Assembly (NCBI GenBank): GCA_019058445.1
Contig: JAHPZA010000005.1
Coordinates: 1-64,000 of the forward strand
Source of the DNA: Promethearchaeota archaeon
GTDB lineage: Archaea; Asgardarchaeota; Lokiarchaeia; Sigyniarchaeales; SOKP01
Direction: 5' to 3'
DNA length: 64,000 bases
Each line of letters begins with the position of its first letter. The stretch's first letter is position 1. Below the pieces are notes generated by a model. The model saw only the letters and a list, made by a program, of their open reading frames with translations. It searched no databases and was not told the DNA's origin. Shown here piece by piece: positions 20,051-30,046 of the stretch. The position numbers and the translations under genes are program-made.

Positions 20051-23000
20051 ATAACGTATAAAAAAGTAATTCAAAATAAGAAATTAATTGCTTTACTATT
20101 AACTTCTATTATCCTCTTTTCAGGGTATGCTCCATTTTTAGCGCAGTATTTGAATACCTCAAATACATCAGAAACTGAAAGCAAGAACCAAGCAAATCCA
20201 AGTTTCCTATACCTAAATAATGTGACCAATGCTGATTATACTTTTGATGCGAAAGGAGAATGTTTTATAATAGTTGAAATTGAAGGGATAGATTTTACAT
20301 GGTTTGCTTTAGATGGGGAGAAGATTTACGAGGTAAGTTATGGATTAAATATTTTTCCTATAAAATTTGGGGAATCATATGAGTCTCATCAAATAATAAT
20401 GGATATTTCGAATCTAGAATTTTTTAAGTCATTTACCGTAGAACCACTCATTATAGCCGAAGGAATCTTAAACACCAGATTAGACCAAGACTCGGAAATT
20501 GAATTTCAAGCGGGTGGAATGATTTCCATTTTAGTTCGACCAACATTTGCTTATAATTGGTTATATGTAGCACTAGAGAATGAAACAAGCAAGACTAGAG
20601 TTCTCAAAGAAATTTATGACACAGCTGATTATCCCGAAGTTGATCCATTATTCTATTGTTTGGTTGTTGAGCAAGGTAGCTATATACGTTATGATTTAAC
20701 CTTAGATCCAGGCAAATATAAGTTAATTTTTAGAGGTAATGGTGATTTAGAATATAAAATTGTTGTAAATTCGGATTGGGATAAAGATTTAATTGATGAT
20801 GTAGAAGAACTACAACAAGAAGCCTTTTACAATTTTAAATTAGATCCAAAAATACCAGATATATGGGGTTTTTATGAGAAATCTGATGAAGCCATCCATT
20901 TTTCCGAGATTGAAGAAAGCGATTATATGCGGGGATTTTTTAGTTTTTACATCCCGGAAATATATTTATATAATGAGTTAAGTATTAGGGTTAATAGTGG
21001 TACATTTAAAGATATAAATATTGATGGGAATTCTACGATATTTCAAGGTAGAATATTTAACGCTGTTCGCGAATCAGAGCCGGATACTGGGCAATATGGT
21101 GTGATCGAAGCGGGATGGCATCAAATATCATATGAACATAAAGTTAATTTCACCTCTGAGATCGACTTCTTGGTTAACGATAAAATAGTTAAAGTGTTAA
21201 AAATTCCGGAATTTATCGATACTGATGGTGATGGAATTAAGGATATAGATGAGAGTCTTAGCGGTTTAGACCCTTCTAAAATAGATACCGATGAGGATGG
21301 AATCCCCGACAATTTTGACGCATCACCATTAACCAAACTGGTATTAAACCAGAAGAGTATTAATCAAATGATTATACCTACGGAAAAAGATAAAAATACT
21401 ATAATTAATGTCCAAATTAAAAAACCGACCAATGATTATTCTACAAACGGTGTCCCTAGATTATGGAGATGGACTTATAATGTTTCAATTTACCCCGTTA
21501 TTCGAATGTATGGAAATAAATGTCCAATATCAATAGATAATGACACTCAAGTTGACATGACGCAACAAAGATTAATTGACTGGTGGAGACCGAGTACCAC
21601 TATAAATCTTTTTAAGTCAGACGAAGCCTATGAGAAAAATTACAATGAAAAGGAAAAAGGTGATCCACTACCAAATCCTTCTAATCCCAATAGTGAATTC
21701 ATTTTCATATTTCCAAAACCATCAGAAGTTAGTTATGAATACGAGATAAAAATTCCTAAAGAGCATGGTTCGAAAAGCGATGGGTTATTAGATTTGCGAT
21801 TTGATTTTATTTGGTTAGTAACCACTTATTCTCCCTCGGAAGGTACATCCATCCTCCATTATTATGATTTTGAGGAAAATATAATACTTCAGTCAATGGT
21901 AAAGCGAGAAATATCGGATGGGAATTACATTTTAGGTAATCCAGATGGATTAATAGAACATCAGATCCTTTGGACTCTCACACAAAATCCTACATTAGGA
22001 ACTCCAGAAGGTTATGGGCTCAGTGATGATATCATCGGACAGGGATTTGACATTGATTATTTTAAATTACCCGATCAAATAATACAGGATAGAAAAAATT
22101 CTCCACTTAAAGTCAATGAAACAGAAGTGCTGTACTATACGGGATCATATCAAAATTATGATGTGCTAAATAAGATTAATTTAAGAACCATACAAAATCC
22201 CAATTTTGCGACGCGTTATTTCGGAGATTTTGAAGCTGGTTTTAGTTTTTCGGTTATAAATAATGTATACGATGGTTATTATTTTTTTGGCGACTCAGAA
22301 GTTCAATGTGAAAATAAAATCCTTTATCAAATCTACAATGAGAATTGTTCTGAAAATGGAAATTACTATGTTCAAAAAAAATATAATCTTTTGGATATGC
22401 CGGTTGCCATGGAAACGCATGCGAATTCGAAAGTGCTCTTAATATCACAGGCTCAAGGATCTAGTCTTTCTTTCGAAGAGATTCCTCAATCCATCACTTC
22501 AGAATTGAGCGAGAAAATATCGTTAAAATATCAAACATATATTCAGCGTTCTAATAGCGACCAAAGTTCCGGAGCGCCTTTCCTCAATTCTCAAGAGGGA
22601 GATGTTTACAAGGAAATTTTTGATAACCTTGGAGGATATAACGAATGGGAGCATCAATTCTTTACGTATGAATCGGGAGCTGAATCACTAATGAATCAGG
22701 TGAACGAATTTTGGAGCACTCTCGATTCAATTGACAATTACCTCAATGAACTCCGCGCTGAAGTTGATACACCGTTGCCTCAAGCATATTTAACAATTCA
22801 ACAAATGATAAATGAGTTCCGTTTGAAAACTTACTCAGAATTAATCGCTTATACTGATTTCTTTCGATTCGCTACCGATTTAGAACAAGTATCTTTCGGA
22901 ATGAATCCTAACAATGACTTTAGTACTACAACAGCATTCAACATAGCGAAAAATATTTTCGATGCAGTTGCTCAGGTATGTACTAGAGTAGGGAAAACTC

Positions 23001-26000
23001 TTCACCAAGCACTCCTCTCTGGACCCTCTGGATTTCAGGGTAACATTGATTGGAATTCAATTAAAACGCGCCCACGTTCAAATGCAATTTGCGATGGGAG
23101 ACCAAAACCGCAAATAAATAAAGCTAAATGCTGGGGAGTAGCGTCTTGTTTTTTTGGGGTTATCATGATATTTTTTGCGATCTGGGAGCTTGTAAGTCTC
23201 GAAGAAGGAGAAGGTGAAACTCCCGAATCGGAGTTTGGTATAAGAATGGCCACGGCTATTTGTAACCTAATTTTAGGAGTAGTATTACTAATAGATGGGT
23301 TATTTCATACCTTTGTGACCAGTGCACAAACCCTTAAAGTTGCAAGCAAGATTTGTGGATCTATAGCAATAGTGATATGTTATCTCGTGCTGTTTTTAGA
23401 TGTTGCCGCTTTTTTTTCAAGTGGTGCTGACACATCCGGAGGAGATTTTACTAAATTTGTTATTAACGTCGTTGTTTCGGTAATAGGAATAGCAATTGCT
23501 ACGTGGGTTGTCGCTACAGGGGCTGTAATTGCTTCTGGTGTAGCCTTTGGATTCGCAATAATTGTTGCTGCCATATTTATTTTTGATCTTATCTGGTCTC
23601 TTACCCAGAATAACCCAGATCTTACGACATGTGATGAGACTGGCTTAGAACTATCAAAGGAGACCAAAGAAAACATGAGAAGGCACGGCTCCTTAGAAGT
23701 TGGAGACTTAGTTACGTTCCGATTAAGAATGAAGAATACAGGAGATCGACCTCTGTGGATTCGAGCTCGGTTCATAGTTTTAGGGGGAGATTGGGAAGGA
23801 TTTTATAGCTATGTATACGATGATAATGTAACTGGGGGTACCTATGGGACGTGTTTAGGTCAAACTGGTTGGAAAGGAAGGTGGGGATCGGGTGTATATA
23901 ATTACTGGAGTTATGATCCATACGGGCAAATTACAGGCGATGATTATAAGAGATTTGAGGGCAGTTACACCAGTGGTGAAGTATACGATGAAATATTTAA
24001 CTCTAAAATTTATGGCGCAACTCCAAACTTAACATATAACTTGGAATATGAAGTAGATTGGCAAAAGAAAAATTGGTACCCACCTTATTTTGAAAGAGAA
24101 GTATTGTCGCATGGTACTAATGAAGAATCTCTTGGTATGCCTGTTTGTGAAAGTAGCATCTCATCTTTTAATGAAAGTACGACTGAATTTCAGAATCTTG
24201 ATCTAGCGAGGATCGAATTTTTTTCTGCTCTTGCGGAATTTAGGTACAAAGATGCAAATGATTGGATAAGAAAAGGAACTGAAGAAAGATTCGGTATTGA
24301 CGAGTGGTGGCTCAATTATCTTGACTCAAGAATCGAAGATTATGATAGCTTATATTATAAGGTACATACAGATGATGATAAAACTTTCAGGACCCTTATT
24401 AGGGAACATTATGACGAAGGGTTTCGCGCAAAAACGCCCGTAGGCTTTTTTTGGTATTTTGGAAGCTCAGAATTCTTTAGACATTATTGTGCGGGTTATG
24501 CATCAGATTACGATATTCTGGTTCCAAAAGCATGGTTTAACAACGCAACCTCGGTGTTCAACGAATTTGCTGACTTGCGAAAGTATTTAATAATAACTAC
24601 TAATATCAAGATAGATCTGAGAGGAAGCGAGATTGATATAGATAACAGAGAAGGGAAGGTTGATGTGAACCTGAAATTACACCTAGAAGGACCAGATACA
24701 CAAAGATGGTGTCGTTTCCGCCTTAAAGCTCCTGAAGGATTCTCAATCGACCCACAAGAATTTTATGGTAAACTATCATCCACATTACATTTTACTCTTA
24801 ATCTAACGGATCCGAATCTCGAATTAGGAGTGTATTTTATTGAGTTGGGGATTGAATTGGGGATAATGAATAAGACTATATTTGATTATGTTGATATTTA
24901 TAGTGGATTAATCCCGGTGAGATATAAAGGTTATTCAGAGGTAAAGTTAGAAACGTTTACAGCTACAGAACCAATTGTTCCTGGAGAAATATTCAATACT
25001 ACTAAAGTTATTAATTCAGGAGCGTATGTAGAATTGTTAAACGTTAGTGTTTCGGGAAATTTTACAGACAATTTCATCTATAAAGGTTTCTATCCCTATG
25101 ATTTTATCAAAAATACACATACATTTGCGCTTAAACCTGGAGAATCAAGAATTGGATTAGCCCTTAATCCTCCACGTCATTACACCACTAAACCTGGTAT
25201 TTATTATTATGATCTCCACGTGCTTGATAGAGCATATGGTAAATATGATATTCTATTCAGTGATACATTCGAAGTTGCCGAATTTTATGACATGGACTTT
25301 CAATGTCTAAATCCAGAGATCACTATTTTTGACTATCAGACGGGTACTTATACTTTTGAACTAACCAATTTAGGTAACGTTCCTCAAAAATTCACGATTT
25401 CTTTTGATGATATTCCTTTTGCTGATGGATATTTAAGCGAAGATGTTATATATCTAGAACCTGGAGAATCTCAATTAATAACATTGACAATTACTCCCAC
25501 CGGCTGGGGTGAACAGGAGTTTTCCATTAATGCGATTTCCAAAGGCAATTCAACTACAATTATCGGTAAAATTACAATAAATGATGATGATGTTAATCCT
25601 CCTGAAATCTCTAATTTTGAGATCATTGAGACTCCAATAGACGTCACTGTGAAATTTGATGTTTTGAATGAAATAGAGGGTGATGATAGAGGTCTTTCTA
25701 ATATAAAAATTTTCATTGATGACAAACTTATATTAGAATATATACCAGATCCTATGGAAACTAGCTTCTCATTCACGTTTAATGATACGCACGGTTTCTG
25801 GTTCATGGAAAATGGAACTCATGAATTACGAGTGGAACTGATTGATAATGATTTTGATGTACCCAATGATGCCTTGAGCTCTTCCATATCGGGTACTTTT
25901 GAAACCGAATTGGTGGATATGTATCTCTATGTGGATTGGCAAATAGAAGTATTAAAAAATTACACGGATACTCATTTATGCTGGCTGTTAGACAAATTAT

Positions 26001-26578
26001 TAAGTCATAAGTTGTGGATAGCCCAGAAACATTTAGAAAAAGCCTATCTTCTTGCTGAAAGGGGAAGAATTACATGTGGGCTTTTTCACGATACCGTTGC
26101 AAAAATAATGATTGAAATAACCGAATTTCGAACCGAAATTTTTAATAAAATCAAATTTATAAATGATGAGGATGCCACTCATATCATCGATTCTCTACAT
26201 ACTATTAGAAATAATATTGTACTGCTACTTGGGACTACTTCAGGAACAGAACAAGGAATTCCTCTGGCGTTAATCGAAATCAATCTACTTAATCTTAACG
26301 ATTTTATTGAAGAGAATATTAATTGTTGGAATCGAAAATGTCTCAGCTGTTATATTGACCATGCTGCTAAATCTTTAGAAATAGCGATTTTCAAAGCTTC
26401 AATGGATCATGGTCTTAAGTGTGCTTTATCTTGTGCTCAATGGAAATTAGAGCTCGCTAAGAATAAAGTCAATTGGTTATTAAACAAAGGAAAGATTTCG
26501 CAGGATTTAGCAGATACCATTTTATATGAAATTCAACGGGCTCAAAACGATATTGAAGCGCTAAAAGAACCCCTCTAA
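20051..26578 (+). CDS. Very large exported or surface protein with Ca-binding DxDxDG repeats, an internal hydrophobic helix bundle and Ig-like domains
   Basis: The ORF track starts at TTG 20150, but the frame is open from 20009 and encodes ITYKKVIQNKKLIALLLTSIILFSGYAPFLAQ (signal or anchor) from ATA 20051. Contains DTDGDGIKD and DTDEDGIPD, and beta-rich repeats (ELTNLGNV, LEPGES). Confidence 0.8.
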   Translation: MTYKKVIQNKKLIALLLTSIILFSGYAPFLAQYLNTSNTSETESKNQANPSFLYLNNVTNADYTFDAKGECFIIVEIEGIDFTWFALDGEKIYEVSYGLNIFPIKFGESYESHQIIMDISNLEFFKSFTVEPLIIAEGILNTRLDQDSEIEFQAGGMISILVRPTFAYNWLYVALENETSKTRVLKEIYDTADYPEVDPLFYCLVVEQGSYIRYDLTLDPGKYKLIFRGNGDLEYKIVVNSDWDKDLIDDVEELQQEAFYNFKLDPKIPDIWGFYEKSDEAIHFSEIEESDYMRGFFSFYIPEIYLYNELSIRVNSGTFKDINIDGNSTIFQGRIFNAVRESEPDTGQYGVIEAGWHQISYEHKVNFTSEIDFLVNDKIVKVLKIPEFIDTDGDGIKDIDESLSGLDPSKIDTDEDGIPDNFDASPLTKLVLNQKSINQMIIPTEKDKNTIINVQIKKPTNDYSTNGVPRLWRWTYNVSIYPVIRMYGNKCPISIDNDTQVDMTQQRLIDWWRPSTTINLFKSDEAYEKNYNEKEKGDPLPNPSNPNSEFIFIFPKPSEVSYEYEIKIPKEHGSKSDGLLDLRFDFIWLVTTYSPSEGTSILHYYDFEENIILQSMVKREISDGNYILGNPDGLIEHQILWTLTQNPTLGTPEGYGLSDDIIGQGFDIDYFKLPDQIIQDRKNSPLKVNETEVLYYTGSYQNYDVLNKINLRTIQNPNFATRYFGDFEAGFSFSVINNVYDGYYFFGDSEVQCENKILYQIYNENCSENGNYYVQKKYNLLDMPVAMETHANSKVLLISQAQGSSLSFEEIPQSITSELSEKISLKYQTYIQRSNSDQSSGAPFLNSQEGDVYKEIFDNLGGYNEWEHQFFTYESGAESLMNQVNEFWSTLDSIDNYLNELRAEVDTPLPQAYLTIQQMINEFRLKTYSELIAYTDFFRFATDLEQVSFGMNPNNDFSTTTAFNIAKNIFDAVAQVCTRVGKTLHQALLSGPSGFQGNIDWNSIKTRPRSNAICDGRPKPQINKAKCWGVASCFFGVIMIFFAIWELVSLEEGEGETPESEFGIRMATAICNLILGVVLLIDGLFHTFVTSAQTLKVASKICGSIAIVICYLVLFLDVAAFFSSGADTSGGDFTKFVINVVVSVIGIAIATWVVATGAVIASGVAFGFAIIVAAIFIFDLIWSLTQNNPDLTTCDETGLELSKETKENMRRHGSLEVGDLVTFRLRMKNTGDRPLWIRARFIVLGGDWEGFYSYVYDDNVTGGTYGTCLGQTGWKGRWGSGVYNYWSYDPYGQITGDDYKRFEGSYTSGEVYDEIFNSKIYGATPNLTYNLEYEVDWQKKNWYPPYFEREVLSHGTNEESLGMPVCESSISSFNESTTEFQNLDLARIEFFSALAEFRYKDANDWIRKGTEERFGIDEWWLNYLDSRIEDYDSLYYKVHTDDDKTFRTLIREHYDEGFRAKTPVGFFWYFGSSEFFRHYCAGYASDYDILVPKAWFNNATSVFNEFADLRKYLIITTNIKIDLRGSEIDIDNREGKVDVNLKLHLEGPDTQRWCRFRLKAPEGFSIDPQEFYGKLSSTLHFTLNLTDPNLELGVYFIELGIELGIMNKTIFDYVDIYSGLIPVRYKGYSEVKLETFTATEPIVPGEIFNTTKVINSGAYVELLNVSVSGNFTDNFIYKGFYPYDFIKNTHTFALKPGESRIGLALNPPRHYTTKPGIYYYDLHVLDRAYGKYDILFSDTFEVAEFYDMDFQCLNPEITIFDYQTGTYTFELTNLGNVPQKFTISFDDIPFADGYLSEDVIYLEPGESQLITLTITPTGWGEQEFSINAISKGNSTTIIGKITINDDDVNPPEISNFEIIETPIDVTVKFDVLNEIEGDDRGLSNIKIFIDDKLILEYIPDPMETSFSFTFNDTHGFWFMENGTHELRVELIDNDFDVPNDALSSSISGTFETELVDMYLYVDWQIEVLKNYTDTHLCWLLDKLLSHKLWIAQKHLEKAYLLAERGRITCGLFHDTVAKIMIEITEFRTEIFNKIKFINDEDATHIIDSLHTIRNNIVLLLGTTSGTEQGIPLALIEINLLNLNDFIEENINCWNRKCLSCYIDHAAKSLEIAIFKASMDHGLKCALSCAQWKLELAKNKVNWLLNKGKISQDLADTILYEIQRAQNDIEALKEPL

Positions 26579-26710
26579 ATTTATTTTTTTTTCCTTTATT
26601 TTAGTTATTATCAGTAAATTCTAATTTGAATATTTTTAATTAAAAAATTGTGTTTTTCTCTTCTTATTTTTAAGATAAAGAATAAAATAGGTCAAATATT
26701 AGTATTAATA

Positions 26711-28432
26711 ATGAAAATTGCCCGAATTAATGTAAATACAGAATCAATTCTCTATGAAGAAGTTACGAGAGATTCAAAATTCTTCCTATTAGGTGCGAGA
26801 GGGTTAAGCTCTCAAATTATTCATGATGAAGTTCCTCCAAAGTGTAATGCGTTAAGTAAAGAAAATAAACTCATTCTTGCTAATGGGATTCTTACTGGAA
26901 GTCCTTTTCCCAATTCGGCTCGAACTTCGGTTGGAGCTAAAAGTCCACTAACAAATGGCGTAAAAGAATCGAATGTCGGAGGTAGGCCTTCACTGATGTT
27001 AGCCTCACACGGAATTAGAGCACTAGTTTTGGAAGATATTGCTGATGAGTTAAAATTGATAATCATTGATGAGAATGGTATTAAATTCAAAGCAGCTAGT
27101 GAATTTCAAGGAATGGGAAACTATGAGTTGCATGTGAAACTGCGCGAAAAATATGGGGAGAGAATTGGTATCTATTCTATTGGTCCTGCGGGAGAATATA
27201 TGATGAAAGCTGCCAGTGTTGCTGCGAATGATATACAGGGATATCCGAGTCGTCATGCGGGTAGAGGTGGATTGGGGGCTGTAATGGGCTCTAAAAAGAT
27301 TAAAGCTGTTGTGATAATTCCTGCAAAAAGGTCAAAAGTTAAAATCCACGATATAAAAAAATTTCGAGAGCTTTCTAAACCATTTGCGAAAGAACTAGCT
27401 CAATCAAAAGAGGGTTTTTCAATTTATGGAACATCACTAGCGACTAAAGCCATGAGCGAATATGGCGGTTTGCCTACAAAAAGCTTTAGAATGGGGTCCT
27501 ATGAAGATGTTGAAGATATTTCTGGTGAGAAACTCCATGAACAAGTAATAGCACGCAAGGGTCAGAAACGAGTAGCTTGTAGTCCAACATGCGTAATAAA
27601 ATGTTCAAATATTATTGTTGATAAAAATGGTAATCATGTAACTTCTAGTTTAGAATATGAAACAATCGCATTAAACGGCTCTAATTGTATGGTAAACGAT
27701 CTAGATAAATTAGCAGAATTGGATCATTTATGCGATGATAATGGAATTGATACCATCGAGTATGGAGTAACTATAGGTGCTGCGATGGATGCCGGAAAGA
27801 TTGAATGGGGTGATGCTGATATCGTACTCGAGATCTTAGATAAGGAAATTAGAAAAAATACTGAAATTGGTCAATTATATGGAAATGGTGTTTGTCATCT
27901 GGGCAGAGAAATTAATTTTGACAGGATCCCTCATGTAAAAGGACAGGGGGTTTCAGGTTACGACCCTAGGGTATTTAAAGCTATGAGTGTTACCTTTGCC
28001 ACTTCACCAATGGGAGCAGATCATACCGCAGGAGCAGCTATTGCTGGCAGAAGTGCAAGAAGTGACAGAGATTACGGAGAATTTTCAGATCCAAAAGATA
28101 AGTTAGAATTGTCTTACGAATTACAAATTTATACAGTGGTGTTAGACTCAATGGGATGCTGCTATTTCATCGGGCCCAGCTACGAAACAATGGAATTAAT
28201 TGCTAATGTAATTAATGCTATGCACAAGACAGATTTGACAAGAGAAGATGTAATAAACCTTGGTAAACAGATAATAAAAACAGAGCTTGAGTTCAATGAA
28301 AGAGCTGGTATTACCCAAGAAATGAATGATATGCCAGATTTTTTCAAAGTAGAACCATCTGCTCCTACAAATTTGAAATTTGAATATTCGAAAGAATTAT
28401 TGAAGAACTTTTGGTCTAAATTAGATGATTAA
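26711..28432 (+). CDS. aor: Aldehyde:ferredoxin oxidoreductase (W/Mo pterin)
   Basis: GAKSPLTNGVKESNVGG, SIGPAGE, AGRGGLGAVMGSKKIKA, EYET, CDDNGIDTI, GADH. Likely start is ATG 26711 (MKIARIN). Confidence 0.93.
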   Translation: MKIARINVNTESILYEEVTRDSKFFLLGARGLSSQIIHDEVPPKCNALSKENKLILANGILTGSPFPNSARTSVGAKSPLTNGVKESNVGGRPSLMLASHGIRALVLEDIADELKLIIIDENGIKFKAASEFQGMGNYELHVKLREKYGERIGIYSIGPAGEYMMKAASVAANDIQGYPSRHAGRGGLGAVMGSKKIKAVVIIPAKRSKVKIHDIKKFRELSKPFAKELAQSKEGFSIYGTSLATKAMSEYGGLPTKSFRMGSYEDVEDISGEKLHEQVIARKGQKRVACSPTCVIKCSNIIVDKNGNHVTSSLEYETIALNGSNCMVNDLDKLAELDHLCDDNGIDTIEYGVTIGAAMDAGKIEWGDADIVLEILDKEIRKNTEIGQLYGNGVCHLGREINFDRIPHVKGQGVSGYDPRVFKAMSVTFATSPMGADHTAGAAIAGRSARSDRDYGEFSDPKDKLELSYELQIYTVVLDSMGCCYFIGPSYETMELIANVINAMHKTDLTREDVINLGKQIIKTELEFNERAGITQEMNDMPDFFKVEPSAPTNLKFEYSKELLKNFWSKLDD

Positions 28433-28524
28433 TTACTAATTTTTTTAATGATAATCTAATTTCTTTAATAGGGAATTATTTTCTAATAATAAAATAAAAA
28501 GAAAAAAAGTTAGTATAATTATAT

Positions 28525-29073
28525 TTATACGTAATTTAATAGTCCTTTTTTTTTCATTCTCATTTCTGCTAAAAGAACCAAACACATTCCTAGAATTACT
28601 AAGATTAATGGAGCGACACCTAGTAATAGATTTAATGCGATAAATGCTAATGCCCGAAAAATTGCTGAAAGTATGCAATATCCGATACCCCCGATAAGAA
28701 AAATTAATTTTTCCTTTTTAAAGATCGTTAAAGCAAAATGCCAGCAAAAGATAATCAAAATGTTAGAAACAATCACCACAATAAACAGGAGTGATATTGA
28801 AACACTGATCATTGCTGCGATTAAAATCATTACAACTGAGAAGATCCCTAATCCTATAAAAAATTTAGACGCATTATCCGTAAAGAAATCCTTTTCAAGC
28901 TTGAGTAATACGATTAAGACAAACCAAGCAATAAAGACTACTAATATTAGGATGTACATCGTGAAATCCAGGAGAAAGAAGTCAAATACGATTGAACCAA
29001 ATACACTTATAAGGATTAGGACCATCCCGAGCACTCGTAATAAACCTTCTTTTTTTCCTTTAATACTTTGCAT
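28525..29073 (-). CDS. Hypothetical multi-pass membrane protein
   Basis: About 6 hydrophobic segments. Confidence 0.75.
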   Translation of the reverse strand: MQSIKGKKEGLLRVLGMVLILISVFGSIVFDFFLLDFTMYILILVVFIAWFVLIVLLKLEKDFFTDNASKFFIGLGIFSVVMILIAAMISVSISLLFIVVIVSNILIIFCWHFALTIFKKEKLIFLIGGIGYCILSAIFRALAFIALNLLLGVAPLILVILGMCLVLLAEMRMKKKGLLNYV

Positions 29074-29174
29074 AATTCATTGTAGGGTTCTAAGTTTAAA
29101 ATAATTATCTATTTATAGAAACTTCAATAATCTAGTATTGACCTTAGAATTAATGATTTTAAAATGGTGATTAG

Positions 29175-30035
29175 ATGAGATTAGGAGCCCATATGAGCGT
29201 AAGTGGAGGAAAACATTTAGCTTTAATACGTGGGAAAGAAATTGGATGTGAATCAATTCAAGTTTTTATTAGAAATGTACGTTCTTGGTCATCTAAACCA
29301 CTGGAACAAGTAGATATTAACAATTTTCTTGAAAAAAAAGAAGAAATTAATGAAATTTGGCCTATTATTACTCATAATAGTTATTTAATTAATCTTGCAT
29401 CACAAGAAACGGAAAAACTTGAGAAATCTTATAATGCAATGCTGGATGAACTCACTAAAGCTGAGCAGTTAAAAATTCCTTATGCTAACATGCATCCAGG
29501 GGTAATTCCTAAGGAAAATGAAGGATTATCTTCGAAAGAGGCAATGAATCAAATTACAGATCAATTAAATAAATTAATCACCGCTACAAAAGATGCCAAA
29601 GTTATAATTCTACTCGAAACCACCGCGGGACAAGGAAAAGGATTAGGACACAAATTTGAACATATGAAATATATGATCGACAAAATAAAAAATAAACAAC
29701 GAATCGGAGTCTGTTTTGATACTGCCCATTCATTTGCGGCAGGCTATGATTTTACATCTAAAAAGAAATTTGATGCCTTATGGGAATCATTTGATGATAT
29801 TATAGGACTCAAATATTTAAAAGCCTTTCATTTAAATGATACTGATAAAGGATGTGGTTCGAGGGTTGATCGACATGCCCATATAGGAAAGGGAAAAATT
29901 GGAAAAGAGGCCTTTGGTTTTTTGGTCAATGATGAAAGATTCAAAGACTTACCTGGCATATTAGAAACTCCTGAAGGGGATAAAATGTTTGAAAAAAACT
30001 TAAATTTTTTGAAGAGTCTTAGAAAAAAAGAGTAA
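29175..30035 (+). CDS. nfo: Endonuclease IV (AP endonuclease)
   Basis: LGAHMS, HNSYLINLAS, HPG, LETTAGQG, CFDTAHSF, HLND, DRHAHIG, ILETP; GGTGA RBS. Confidence 0.96.
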   Translation: MRLGAHMSVSGGKHLALIRGKEIGCESIQVFIRNVRSWSSKPLEQVDINNFLEKKEEINEIWPIITHNSYLINLASQETEKLEKSYNAMLDELTKAEQLKIPYANMHPGVIPKENEGLSSKEAMNQITDQLNKLITATKDAKVIILLETTAGQGKGLGHKFEHMKYMIDKIKNKQRIGVCFDTAHSFAAGYDFTSKKKFDALWESFDDIIGLKYLKAFHLNDTDKGCGSRVDRHAHIGKGKIGKEAFGFLVNDERFKDLPGILETPEGDKMFEKNLNFLKSLRKKE

Positions 30036-30046
30036 AATGGAATAAT

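Noticed and set aside
26648-26710. N-terminal extension of AOR in the ORF track
   Set aside because: AT-rich intergenic-like sequence; the family-like N-terminus begins at ATG 26711.
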